A stretch of 64,000 nucleotides of DNA from Nitrospirales bacterium (GTDB lineage: Bacteria; Nitrospirota; Nitrospiria; Nitrospirales; UBA8639): NCBI GenBank assembly GCA_963422365.1, contig OY729426.1, positions 1,920,001 through 1,984,000 of the forward strand, read 5' to 3'. Under the pieces are notes generated by a model. It saw nothing but the letters and a program-made list of their open reading frames with translations. It ran no database searches and was not told where the DNA came from. Of this stretch, positions 42,916 through 52,371 are shown piece by piece. How positions within the stretch are numbered: position 1 is the stretch's first letter; the number at the start of each line of letters is the position of its first letter. The position numbers and the translations under genes were made by a program.

Positions 42916-45411
42916 ATGACCTTTATACTGAACATTCTGTACCACGTTGTTATCCAGCCTCTGGAAATCAGTTTCGGATTTCTATTCCAGGCCTTTACCG
43001 AACAGACGACCGTCGGCATGGCCATTGTGCTGATTAGCCTGGTGGTCAATGTGCTGCTGTTGCCGGTGCAGTGGCACAGTGATACTGCGCTGGCGCGATT
43101 GCGGCAAAAACAGAAAGCCATCGAGCCGACAATCCATGACATCAAACGGGCGTATCGGGGATCAAAACGATTTTTCATGTTGCGTACGCTGTATCGGCAG
43201 GCCGATTATCACCCGGCCATGGAGCTGAAAACCACCCTCGGACTTATGGTTCAAATTCCATTTTTCATCGCCGCCTGGCGATTTCTAAGCCAGGAGCCGG
43301 CGCTGGTACAGACAGCGTTCGGGCCGCTGTCGGACCTCAGCCGTGCGGATGGCCTGGGACCGCTGGGGCTCAATCTCCTGCCGTTGCTGATGACCCTCCT
43401 GAGCCTCATCTCGGCCATGCTGTATCACCAACGCCACGGGCGCGGTGCGTGGCTTCAGACCGGCGGGCTGGCGGTGGTGTTTCTGATTCTGCTATATCCG
43501 TCAGCCTCCGGCGTGGTGGTGTACTGGACGGTCAACAATCTGTTTTCGCTGCTGAAACATATCGTTCCTCTGCGCCGTCCTGTCGCCATGACGGATGACG
43601 ACCCTGCCAGCCTCCTGTTTCTATCCTCATTGAGTGCGCGTCGAGTCCACGAAGTGTATGCGCTGTCGGTCTGCATTCTGCTGGCGACCATCTTTTATAT
43701 TGCGCCGCTCAATCTGTTCAATTCGGACCCGCTGGAGTTCCGTCATTTTTTCTCCGATATACTGGCGTTTCATTATTCGATCTTCGTGCGAATCGCCATC
43801 GTGTTGACTGTTGTGTACCTGTGCGCATCGGCGGGAATCAAACGGGTGCTTGCCGGCGTGGTGTTTTATGTCGCCTTGGTCAGTGCGCTCTATGGCTACG
43901 TGTTCAAGGGCGATTATGGGCCAATGACGGCCTTTACTTTCAACAATAACAATCTGTCCGAATTGTGGCCGGATATGGTCATTATGTATGACTTCGCCAT
44001 TGTGGTGGTCACGGCGGCGGGCTGCTGGTTGCTGCTGTCGCGGGCAGTCAAGCTGGTGCCCGATATTCTGCGCGTACTGAGCTTGAGTCTTTGTATTTAC
44101 GCGGTGTTTATCAGCGTTGAAGCCATAAAAGTGCTACCCCCCCCCCCCCCCCATAAAATTGAACGGCACGATATAGCGGTATTATCCGATCAGACCACGG
44201 CGGCCTCAGCCGAAAAGTTTTACGCCTTTTCCAGGGATCGGCAAAACGTGGTGGTGGTGATGTTGGATATGTTTGATGGCGGCGCGATCGATGAATTGTT
44301 GCGCCGCTATCCGCATTTAAGAGCCGAACTGGACGGCTTTATCTGGTATCCCAACACCGTGACTCCAGGCACCTCCACGCTCGTATCCGAGCCAGCCATC
44401 CACGGCGGTCACCGGTTTAGCCCTGAACACTTCGTCGATTCCATCAATGCTAATCCTCAGTTGGTTGACGATTATATCGTCGGCGGCTATGAACTCATGG
44501 TGGACGTGTTTGCGGAGGCCGACTTCCGTATTGCCCTGACCGGCGTGCAATCAATTGGATGTAGCCAGATTGAAGCCCGAATTGACTCGCCCCACCTCAC
44601 CCGTTGCATCGGCATGCACGACTATGGAACCGTATTTGCCGACTATTGGGCCACGGCTCACCCAGAGGAATTTTCGACCTTTTTCAATGGGGATCTGCGT
44701 CTGTCTAGACGGAAATCGATAGGGAGAAAATTACTGGGGGTGATAGGTCTGTTTCGTGTTGCACCCTATCGGCTCAGGCAACATATTTACCAGCGTCAGT
44801 GGTTGGGTCAAGTCAAGGGTACGGGGAAATGGAGACAGTTTTCTGCCCTGGCTTCTCTGCCCAGCGTCAGTTTTATCGATGACTCGCCTTTGCGTACCCT
44901 ACACTACCTGCAGACTCAGCTGACACATCACCCGTTCAATGTCAGCGAAGGGTGTCAGCTCTTGGTGCATACCGGCTATCATGAACAGGATAGGGCAACT
45001 TGGGCGCAATACTGTACGCTCAAACTCTTGGGCAACTGGATAACCTGGATGAAAGCGCACCACGTCTATGATAATACCCGGATTATTTTCGTCTCGGATC
45101 ATAATCTTTTCGAGGTGAAGAACGATCTGCCTGTGCTTATGAGCGTGCATGGGTTGATGATGATTAAGGATTTTGCATCTCATGGCCCGGTGAGGGAAGA
45201 TCGTCGGCTGCTATCCGCGGCAGATACCCTGGCCATTGCCTACTCCGGCTTTGGTGACGATGCCCGCCTGATTCAGGATCCGACCCGACACTCCATTGCC
45301 AACCGAAAGTTGCGGGTCAGTAAGTACAGTGGCAACCAAAAACGCATTATCGCCCAGTACGAAGTCACCGGATCTATTTTCGAGCCAGAGAACTGGAAGC
45401 AGATCAAATAG
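42916..45411 (+). CDS. YidC/Oxa1-like domain fused to a TM bundle and an alkaline-phosphatase/sulfatase-superfamily (LtaS-like) domain
   Basis: N-terminal YidC-like motifs (GMAIVLISLVVNVLLLP, QIPFFIA, DLSRAD, LLPLLM, SGVVVYWTVNNLFS). C-terminal NVVVVMLD, YPNTVTPGTST, THHP, YDNTRIIFVSDH. Confidence 0.8.
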   Translation: MTFILNILYHVVIQPLEISFGFLFQAFTEQTTVGMAIVLISLVVNVLLLPVQWHSDTALARLRQKQKAIEPTIHDIKRAYRGSKRFFMLRTLYRQADYHPAMELKTTLGLMVQIPFFIAAWRFLSQEPALVQTAFGPLSDLSRADGLGPLGLNLLPLLMTLLSLISAMLYHQRHGRGAWLQTGGLAVVFLILLYPSASGVVVYWTVNNLFSLLKHIVPLRRPVAMTDDDPASLLFLSSLSARRVHEVYALSVCILLATIFYIAPLNLFNSDPLEFRHFFSDILAFHYSIFVRIAIVLTVVYLCASAGIKRVLAGVVFYVALVSALYGYVFKGDYGPMTAFTFNNNNLSELWPDMVIMYDFAIVVVTAAGCWLLLSRAVKLVPDILRVLSLSLCIYAVFISVEAIKVLPPPPPHKIERHDIAVLSDQTTAASAEKFYAFSRDRQNVVVVMLDMFDGGAIDELLRRYPHLRAELDGFIWYPNTVTPGTSTLVSEPAIHGGHRFSPEHFVDSINANPQLVDDYIVGGYELMVDVFAEADFRIALTGVQSIGCSQIEARIDSPHLTRCIGMHDYGTVFADYWATAHPEEFSTFFNGDLRLSRRKSIGRKLLGVIGLFRVAPYRLRQHIYQRQWLGQVKGTGKWRQFSALASLPSVSFIDDSPLRTLHYLQTQLTHHPFNVSEGCQLLVHTGYHEQDRATWAQYCTLKLLGNWITWMKAHHVYDNTRIIFVSDHNLFEVKNDLPVLMSVHGLMMIKDFASHGPVREDRRLLSAADTLAIAYSGFGDDARLIQDPTRHSIANRKLRVSKYSGNQKRIIAQYEVTGSIFEPENWKQIK
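44137..44152 (+). repeat. C16 homopolymer inside a CDS (candidate phase-variation tract)
   Basis: CTA-(C)16-ATAAAA, read in frame as L-PPPPP-H; longest homopolymer seen in the window. Confidence 0.85.
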
Positions 45412-45420
45412 CAAACCGCC

Positions 45421-46749
45421 ATGGCGCACATACCTTTGTCTATAAAGATATTGCCGACTGTTTTGATTATCCTGGTGCTGACCAGCACGCCGGCTTACGC
45501 CTATCTCGATCCGGGAACCGGCAGTCTGCTGTTCGCCGCGATCTCCGGGCTAGTGGCCAGCGCGTATTTCGCCTTGAAGGGGTTGATGTATCGGCTATCT
45601 TCCTTGATTGGTCTTGTGAACAAGACCTCAGCGAGGCACCGCCAGAAATATGGCATTGTGTTGTACTCTGAAGGCGGGCAATACTCTTCCACCTTTGTGC
45701 CGCTGATACAGGCGCTGGCGGAGCGCAACGTGCCCTGCGTTTATCTGAGTTCCGACCCGGACGACCCCGGACTGCGTGCCGACTATCCGCTGCTTGAAAC
45801 CGAGTTCATCGGCAGGGGAAACGCTGCCTACCGGCGGTTGAACTGGCTGGAAGCGGACCTGTGCGTGTTCACCACGCCTGGGCTGGACGTCTTGCAGATC
45901 AGGCGCTCCCCTAGGGTGAAACATTATTGCCATATCGTCCATGCGCCGACGGATATTTGGCTGTACGAGCTGTTTTCGTTCGACTATTTCGATACCTTGA
46001 TGTGCAGCGGTGAGCACCAGATCCGCAGCCTGCGAGCGCTTGAGCAAACGCGCGGCACGCCCCCTAAGACCTTGCTGAAAACCGGCTGTGTGTATTTTGA
46101 CGGCCTGCTCCGGCGGGCCCGTGCCGATGGCGCGGCGAACCCCTCACCCTCCGGTTCCTCGACACGTACCCTGTTGATTGCCCCCACTTGGGGCCAAAAC
46201 AGTCTGCTGCTGCGCTGCGGCAACGCCCTGTTGCATACCCTGCTGGACACCGGACATCGAGTGATCGTACGGCCGCATCCGCAAAGTTTCGTCTCCGACA
46301 AAACCTTGATCAATGACTTCGAAAAAACCTGGCAGGGTAGCGCCAATGTGCAGTGGGATACCAGCAACGACGCCTACTCCAGCATGGCCGCTGCCGCTGT
46401 GCTCATTTCCGATATTTCAGGCATTATTTTTGATTACGCCTTCGTCTTCGAAAAGCCGGTGATCACCATCGCCGCCCATCCCGACCTGTGCGGCAAGGAA
46501 GCCATCGACCTGCCTGAGGGCGAAACCATCTGGGAACTCGACGCCATCGGCAAACTGAGCACCGTCGTCCCAGTAGCCCAGATCGATCAGCTGCCGACCA
46601 TCATCCAACAACTCGCATTACCTTCGGCCCCGCGATCCCAGGCCCGCCGTCTATGTGCCGAATCACTCTTCCATTTCGGTGAAGCCGGCGCGGTCGCAGC
46701 CGAACAGTTGATCGCAATCCAGCAGGGGCTTGAGATCGATCGAAGGTAG
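45421..46749 (+). CDS. CDP-glycerol glycerophosphotransferase family protein (TagF/TagB-like)
   Basis: LLIAPTWG, VIVRPHPQ, LISDISGIIFDYAFVFEKPVI; N-terminal signal ending AYA followed by a YLDPGTGS TM segment. Confidence 0.82.
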   Translation: MAHIPLSIKILPTVLIILVLTSTPAYAYLDPGTGSLLFAAISGLVASAYFALKGLMYRLSSLIGLVNKTSARHRQKYGIVLYSEGGQYSSTFVPLIQALAERNVPCVYLSSDPDDPGLRADYPLLETEFIGRGNAAYRRLNWLEADLCVFTTPGLDVLQIRRSPRVKHYCHIVHAPTDIWLYELFSFDYFDTLMCSGEHQIRSLRALEQTRGTPPKTLLKTGCVYFDGLLRRARADGAANPSPSGSSTRTLLIAPTWGQNSLLLRCGNALLHTLLDTGHRVIVRPHPQSFVSDKTLINDFEKTWQGSANVQWDTSNDAYSSMAAAAVLISDISGIIFDYAFVFEKPVITIAAHPDLCGKEAIDLPEGETIWELDAIGKLSTVVPVAQIDQLPTIIQQLALPSAPRSQARRLCAESLFHFGEAGAVAAEQLIAIQQGLEIDRR

Positions 46750-46922
46750 GTGGATGGAAAATACCTCCAGTGTCTTCAATTGAACAAGGAACCGGTAATT
46801 GGGAGGCATGATTGAAGCCATAGAGAAGGAAAAGGAGGCGTAACAATACAGGAAAACACAACAAATTGCCTATCAGGCATATCCCCCTCGGGCTCAAGCT
46901 TCAGGCTATTCTCCCTCTCGTC

Positions 46923-47303
46923 TTACGAAGCAGAGAAGAGCCCATGTCCTCCCAACAGGATGAGGAAAAAATTCAAGACTGCACTTGTGACAAGAATACA
47001 GAAAAAGTGGATTGCCTCGTCAGGCCCAGGGCTGACCTGAGCCACCGTTGCAACATCCAATGCCAACCCGATTGTTCCATACATAACCCCAACCATAGAA
47101 GTCCATCGTTTTCCAGTCAGACAGACTCCACCGACTAGTAATGGAAGTCCGAATCCAAACCCGTACCAGATAGATTGATGGAGATTTAAGGTCAATTCTT
47201 TCTCAGGTTGAAGGGCATCGAAGGCCATGGCACTGACGAAAAGTCCAAAACAGAGCGTTGCCATCAGGCGATACGTCCAATTTCCTGCACCGGTTGGGGT
47301 CAT
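46923..47303 (-). CDS. Small multi-pass membrane protein
   Basis: About four hydrophobic segments; start placed at MTPTGAG. Confidence 0.6.
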   Translation of the reverse strand: MTPTGAGNWTYRLMATLCFGLFVSAMAFDALQPEKELTLNLHQSIWYGFGFGLPLLVGGVCLTGKRWTSMVGVMYGTIGLALDVATVAQVSPGPDEAIHFFCILVTSAVLNFFLILLGGHGLFSAS

Positions 47304-47499
47304 GAGAAGTCCATGGCTAAAGAGAGTATGTTGTAAAGGTCGTTTGTTTCCGTGGAGTTCCTCACACGAGTGGGCTCCGCTCTGATTCGAAACCATTTTG
47401 CCGTCATAGGATGTAAAGTCAAGGCCTAAGCCCCACTCGTCGATTGACACTCCAATTCAGCCAAGCCTAGAATGCCAACAATCACAAGGGGGAGGGCGT

Positions 47500-49590
47500 A
47501 TGACACAATCTCATTCTATTCGAAACGTGGTTTTTACGTCATATGTTGGTACTGGAAAAACTTCTCTCGTTGAAGCCCTGCTGTTTTCTGCCGGTGTGAC
47601 GTCGTCGATGGGTACTACCGCTAATGGAACTACCGTGGCCGACTTCGAAGCAGAAGAGATTCAGCATCATCATTCCATGAATACGGCCCTTCTTCAGTAT
47701 GAGCACAAAGGGGTTCTCCTGACCCTGCTCGACACTCCAGGTTCGCTGGATTTTTTTGCTGATACCCAAAATACGATTCACGTAGCCGATGGCGCGGTGT
47801 TAGTCGTCAGCGCTTCAGGTATACGATCGGAACTGGATCGGGTCTGGGCTTCTATTCAAGCGCGTGAACTTCCCTGCCTTGTGTTTATTAATGAACTGAA
47901 TAAGGAACGAGCGAATTTTGAATCCATTTTAGAAGAGATTCAGAAAACGCTTGAGACCAAATGCGTGCCGATTGCCTATCCCATTGGCGAAGAAGCGAAT
48001 CTGCGAGGCGTGGCGGACTTGGTGACGCAGAAAGCCATAATCCCTGTACCCAACAGTCATAAAGTACTGGAAGAAGAAATACCTGCAGACCTGAAAGATA
48101 AAATTTCAAAATTCCGGAAACAATTAGTTGAAACCGTAGCTGAGACCAACGACGACCTGGTGGAAAAATATTTGAGCGAAGGTGATCTGACTCAAGAGGA
48201 AATCCTTCAAGGGCTGATCCTGAGCACGAAAACCCGTCAGTGTCTCCCTGTCTTGTGCGGTTCCGCGATCCTGAATCTCGGCTCCACCGTACTGCACAAT
48301 GCGATCATTCAATACCTGCCTTCTCCAGCAGAAAGAGCTGAAACGTTTCCGTTCACAGGATCTCATCCCCACACGAGTGAAGAACTCGTGCGGCCCATGA
48401 GCGCAGAGGAGCCCTTTTCCGGCTTTGTATTCAAGACGACCATCGATCCCTTTATGGGCCGACTCACGTATCTTAAGGTTTGTTCAGGAGTGCTCGAAGC
48501 CGATTCAACCTTTTTCAATTCCGTGAGAAACATCAAAGAAAAAGGGGGACATCTGTATTCTTTGCAAGGAAAGAAAAGCACTCAAACGCAACGAGCGACG
48601 GCAGGTGAGATTGTGGTCATGGGAAAACTCAAGGAGACCCAGACGGGTGAAACGATTTGTGCCGATAAGTCTCCGATTATTTTTCCTCCGGTGAAGCTCC
48701 GTCGGCCCGTGATGTCGTTTGCGCTTGAGCCGAAATCGAAGGGTGACATTGATAAAGTGAGTCTGGGTCTCCACAAGTTGGTCGAAGAAGATGCGTCATT
48801 AGAATTTATCAGAAATGATGAAACCAAAGAAATGTTGCTCAGTGGAGTCGGGCAAACTCATATCGAGTTGACCCTGGAAAAACTCCACCGGAAATACGGA
48901 GTGGACGTCAATCTTCATACACCGAAAGTCGCGTATCGCGAGACCATTCAAAAAATGGCCCAGGCCCAGGGAAAATATAAAAAACAAACAGGCGGCCATG
49001 GGCAATACGGTGATTGTTGGCTTCAGCTTGACCCTTTACCGCGCAATGGCGGATTTGAATTTCTCAATAAAATCGTTGGAGGGGTGATTCCACGGAATTT
49101 TATTCCTGCGGTGGAAAAAGGCGTCATTGAAGCCATGCACGAGGGCATTCTCGCAGGCTTCCCGGTCGTGGACGTGCAAGTGAAGGTCTATGACGGGTCC
49201 CATCATCCTGTTGACTCTTCGGAAATGGCCTTTAAGGTCGCGGCCTCGATGGGGTTTAAAAAAGCCATGGAATCGGCACAGCCCGTTCTCCTCGAACCGA
49301 TCATGATTGTTGAAGTGACGGTACCGGACGACGTGGTGGGCGCAGTGATTGGCGATTTAAACAGTCGGCGCGGTCGAATTCTGGGAATGGATACCAAAGG
49401 GCATAATCAAATCGTGAAGGCCGTAGTCCCGTTGGCTGAAATTCTGAAGTATGCGCCCGTCTTGACATCCATTACCGCTGGGAAGGGTTCTTATGCCATG
49501 GAATTTTCAGGCTATGACCAGGCGCCCCGTGAGGTGGTCAATAAGGTCGTCGAGGAATACAAAGCCGCGAAAGCGGCGGCTTCATCCTAA
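47500..49590 (+). CDS. fusA: Elongation factor G paralog (EF-G2-like)
   Basis: Full EF-G architecture (DTPG, KVAYRETI, KKQTGGHGQYG, DGSHHPVDSSEMAF, LLEPIM, DLNSRRG) with altered G motifs. Not in a str operon. Confidence 0.9.
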   Translation: MTQSHSIRNVVFTSYVGTGKTSLVEALLFSAGVTSSMGTTANGTTVADFEAEEIQHHHSMNTALLQYEHKGVLLTLLDTPGSLDFFADTQNTIHVADGAVLVVSASGIRSELDRVWASIQARELPCLVFINELNKERANFESILEEIQKTLETKCVPIAYPIGEEANLRGVADLVTQKAIIPVPNSHKVLEEEIPADLKDKISKFRKQLVETVAETNDDLVEKYLSEGDLTQEEILQGLILSTKTRQCLPVLCGSAILNLGSTVLHNAIIQYLPSPAERAETFPFTGSHPHTSEELVRPMSAEEPFSGFVFKTTIDPFMGRLTYLKVCSGVLEADSTFFNSVRNIKEKGGHLYSLQGKKSTQTQRATAGEIVVMGKLKETQTGETICADKSPIIFPPVKLRRPVMSFALEPKSKGDIDKVSLGLHKLVEEDASLEFIRNDETKEMLLSGVGQTHIELTLEKLHRKYGVDVNLHTPKVAYRETIQKMAQAQGKYKKQTGGHGQYGDCWLQLDPLPRNGGFEFLNKIVGGVIPRNFIPAVEKGVIEAMHEGILAGFPVVDVQVKVYDGSHHPVDSSEMAFKVAASMGFKKAMESAQPVLLEPIMIVEVTVPDDVVGAVIGDLNSRRGRILGMDTKGHNQIVKAVVPLAEILKYAPVLTSITAGKGSYAMEFSGYDQAPREVVNKVVEEYKAAKAAASS

Positions 49591-49654
49591 GGCAGGGTCT
49601 TGCCCCCGGTCCGAGGGCCCTCACGTCTGAGCTATATAAATCCCAGCACGTCTC

Positions 49655-51097
49655 TTAACTCGGGGGTTTTAATACGACAAAAAACGTTCTCGACTCTCGA
49701 AGGATCCGCAGGAGGATCGTCTCGCCAGGCTGAATCGCTTCGAGGGTTTGGCGAAATTCCCTCATGGTGGGCACTTCGGTGCGATTGACTTCCTCAATAA
49801 TATCTCCTTTTCGTAATCCCTCCGCATACGCGAGACTCCCCTGAGCAACTTGAACGACGAGTATGCCAGTCGTTTGGTCGATGGAAAACTTCTTGGCCAA
49901 CTCTTCGGTCATAGGAGATACATCGATTCCTAAATCAACTTCAGCGGGGGTTGGAGGTAGTAAAGCCACGATGGGCGTATCTTGTTTCACTCCCAACAAG
50001 ACGGGGAGTTGGAGTGGCGTCCCATCCCGTATGATATGGACCAATACCTGGTCACCAGGAGAAAAACTTGCGACCACCCGGGATAACTGATTGGGTGACT
50101 CCAATCGTTCATTCCCGATTTGGGTAATAATATCCCCGGATTTAATGCCCGCCTGGTCCGCTGGATCATCGGCAAACACTTCATTCACCAGAATACCTGT
50201 GACATCCGTGACACCAAATTTATCCGCGATCTGCTCGGTCAACGGCTGAATCCCAACCCCAAGCCAACCTCGAACTACTTTACCGCCTGTTTTGAGTTGA
50301 TCGATAATACGGCTCGCCATATTGGAGGGAATCGCAAAGCCAATGCCTTGGGCAAGATTAATAATGGCCGTGTTGATCCCAATGACCTCGCCTCGTAGAT
50401 TAAAGAGGGGCCCACCGGAATTTCCTGGATTGATCGACGCATCGGTTTGGATAAAGTTTTCATAACGGGACAAATTCATGTTTTCTCGTCCAATCCCACT
50501 CACAACCCCCAGGGTGACGGTTCGGTCCAATCCGAACGGATTACCCACAGCCAAGACCCATTGTCCGACTTTGACCGTACTGGAATCTCCAAATGTCGCG
50601 CTTGGCAGTTTGTGGTCTGCGTTGACTTTCAAAAGCGCAAGGTCGGTGTCGGGATCCTGCGCGACGATTTCTGCAATAAGAGTCAATTGATCGGAAAAAT
50701 GGACTTCGGCTTCCACGCCATTATTAATGACGTGATTATTGGTCACAATATAGCCATCTTCATGGATCACCACACCTGAACCCGATCCCGGTACCTTAAA
50801 GCGACCTTGACGTGGAATTCTTCCAGGCTGGGAAAGTTGTCGGATAGTGGACACTCCCACCACTGTCGGGGTGACGTGTTCGGCTAGCTGTGAAATAGCC
50901 TCTTGAATCTCTTCAAGGACTTGAAGCCCTTTAGACTCTTCTATTTGAGAAGCAACAGCCGTGGCATAAGCTGAAATAACAAGGACCGTGGTGACCGTAA
51001 GGAGAGAACGGAATGGAAAAACCCAAGGGAAAGGCCGAGTTGGCTGGGAGGGCATCTGTTTACGGTACAAAAATGGCTTATCAAAAAAATGTCGCAT
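49655..51097 (-). CDS. Do/DegP-family serine protease with two PDZ domains
   Basis: GSGSGV, TNNHV, DLALLK, QTDASINPGNSGGP. The start may be at 51055. Confidence 0.93.
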   Translation of the reverse strand: MRHFFDKPFLYRKQMPSQPTRPFPWVFPFRSLLTVTTVLVISAYATAVASQIEESKGLQVLEEIQEAISQLAEHVTPTVVGVSTIRQLSQPGRIPRQGRFKVPGSGSGVVIHEDGYIVTNNHVINNGVEAEVHFSDQLTLIAEIVAQDPDTDLALLKVNADHKLPSATFGDSSTVKVGQWVLAVGNPFGLDRTVTLGVVSGIGRENMNLSRYENFIQTDASINPGNSGGPLFNLRGEVIGINTAIINLAQGIGFAIPSNMASRIIDQLKTGGKVVRGWLGVGIQPLTEQIADKFGVTDVTGILVNEVFADDPADQAGIKSGDIITQIGNERLESPNQLSRVVASFSPGDQVLVHIIRDGTPLQLPVLLGVKQDTPIVALLPPTPAEVDLGIDVSPMTEELAKKFSIDQTTGILVVQVAQGSLAYAEGLRKGDIIEEVNRTEVPTMREFRQTLEAIQPGETILLRILRESRTFFVVLKPPS

Positions 51098-51125
51098 AAT
51101 AATTATTATGTCAATTTATAGATTT

Positions 51126-51728
51126 TCATGGAAATCGCCCTATCCTTGGCTCGGTCCCGTCAAACAAACGGACGATATTGCTTTTATGCTTTCCAATGAT
51201 GAGTACACTTAAGAGAAGACTAAATATCGTAAAATGCAGATCAAGCGTCATAAACCAGCTTGCCACGGGAAACACCCCAAAAGCCATAAGCGCTCCACCG
51301 GACGAATATTTCCAAATTCCAACCGTTGCTGCCCAGACCAAAATCAGAAAAAGCCCTATGGGAAAGTGTATCCCCAAAATTCCTCCTAAACCCGTGGCAA
51401 CCCCTTTGCCGCCACGAAATTTTAAAAAAATAGGAAAGAGATGTCCAAGTACGACCAAGAGTACCGCCAGCAAGGCCCACAGGCTTGAAATAAATCCCAC
51501 ACTCACGATCCACCCTACCAGCCACCCTTTTCCTAGATCGCCGAGTAACGTAAGAAGTCCAACTTTTTTCCCCGATACTCGTAAGACATTCGTAAAGCCT
51601 ATGTTTTGACTACCGGCTTGACGAGGATCCGGCGCTCCCAACATATGCGAAAAAACGAGTCCGAATGGAATGGATCCCAGGAAGTAGGCTCCGAGGCAGG
51701 AAAGCGGCCCGAGAATTTCATGAGACAT
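51126..51728 (-). CDS. plsY: Glycerol-3-phosphate acyltransferase PlsY
   Basis: YFLGSIPFG, GSQNIGFTN, GHLFPIF, FRGGKGVAT, HKSNI. Confidence 0.94.
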   Translation of the reverse strand: MSHEILGPLSCLGAYFLGSIPFGLVFSHMLGAPDPRQAGSQNIGFTNVLRVSGKKVGLLTLLGDLGKGWLVGWIVSVGFISSLWALLAVLLVVLGHLFPIFLKFRGGKGVATGLGGILGIHFPIGLFLILVWAATVGIWKYSSGGALMAFGVFPVASWFMTLDLHFTIFSLLLSVLIIGKHKSNIVRLFDGTEPRIGRFP

Positions 51729-51742
51729 AGAGTGCAGCGACG

Positions 51743-52369
51743 TTATGAATGGAGCTCTTTTTTGGAAAATTCGTTCCAGGTCTCAAGAATATATTGTCCG
51801 GCAGAGACTAAAGAAAAGGCCAGAGCCAGATAGAGAGTCACAGTGCCGACCAGATGTAAACTCAACACGGGCACAGAAAACGCTCCCTCCAGAGTTAAAA
51901 GAATGATCGCGATAATCTGAAGTACAACTTTGTATTTCCCAAAAATCCCGGCGGCGATGATAAGTCCTCGACTCGCGGCAACAGCTCTGATTCCGGTTAC
52001 GGTAAGGTCACGGACAATGAGGACAATCGCTAGCCAGGCCGAGATTCGTTGAAATTGCACGAGTAACACCAACCCGGAAATCACAAGAAATTTGTCAGCA
52101 AGAGGATCGAAAAGGCGGCCGACTTTGGTGACTTGATCTCGTTGTCGTGCGATATGCCCGTCTAGTGAGTCCGTTAAGGCCGCGAAACCGAATACTGCCG
52201 CAGCGGCAATAGATCTCCCTACTGTTGGCGTCGAAAAGAGTCCAATATAAACTGGCACCAATAAAATTCGTAAAAACGTAAGCATATTCGGCAGATTGAA
52301 GGTCTGCTCAACGCTCTTGTTTGTAGCGGCAGCTTTGGGTTGGGCTTTAACGACGTGAGTGTGTGGCAT
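51743..52369 (-). CDS. pgsA: CDP-diacylglycerol--glycerol-3-phosphate 3-phosphatidyltransferase
   Basis: NLPNMLTFLR, TDSLDGHIAR, GRLFDPLADK. Confidence 0.92.
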   Translation of the reverse strand: MPHTHVVKAQPKAAATNKSVEQTFNLPNMLTFLRILLVPVYIGLFSTPTVGRSIAAAAVFGFAALTDSLDGHIARQRDQVTKVGRLFDPLADKFLVISGLVLLVQFQRISAWLAIVLIVRDLTVTGIRAVAASRGLIIAAGIFGKYKVVLQIIAIILLTLEGAFSVPVLSLHLVGTVTLYLALAFSLVSAGQYILETWNEFSKKELHS

Positions 52370-52371
52370 TG

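Noticed and set aside
42788..46702. 10-bp direct repeat GTCGCAGCCG (42788-42797 and 46693-46702) as a target-site duplication
   Set aside because: The right copy lies inside the TagF-like coding sequence, and a 10-bp GC-rich match can arise by chance.
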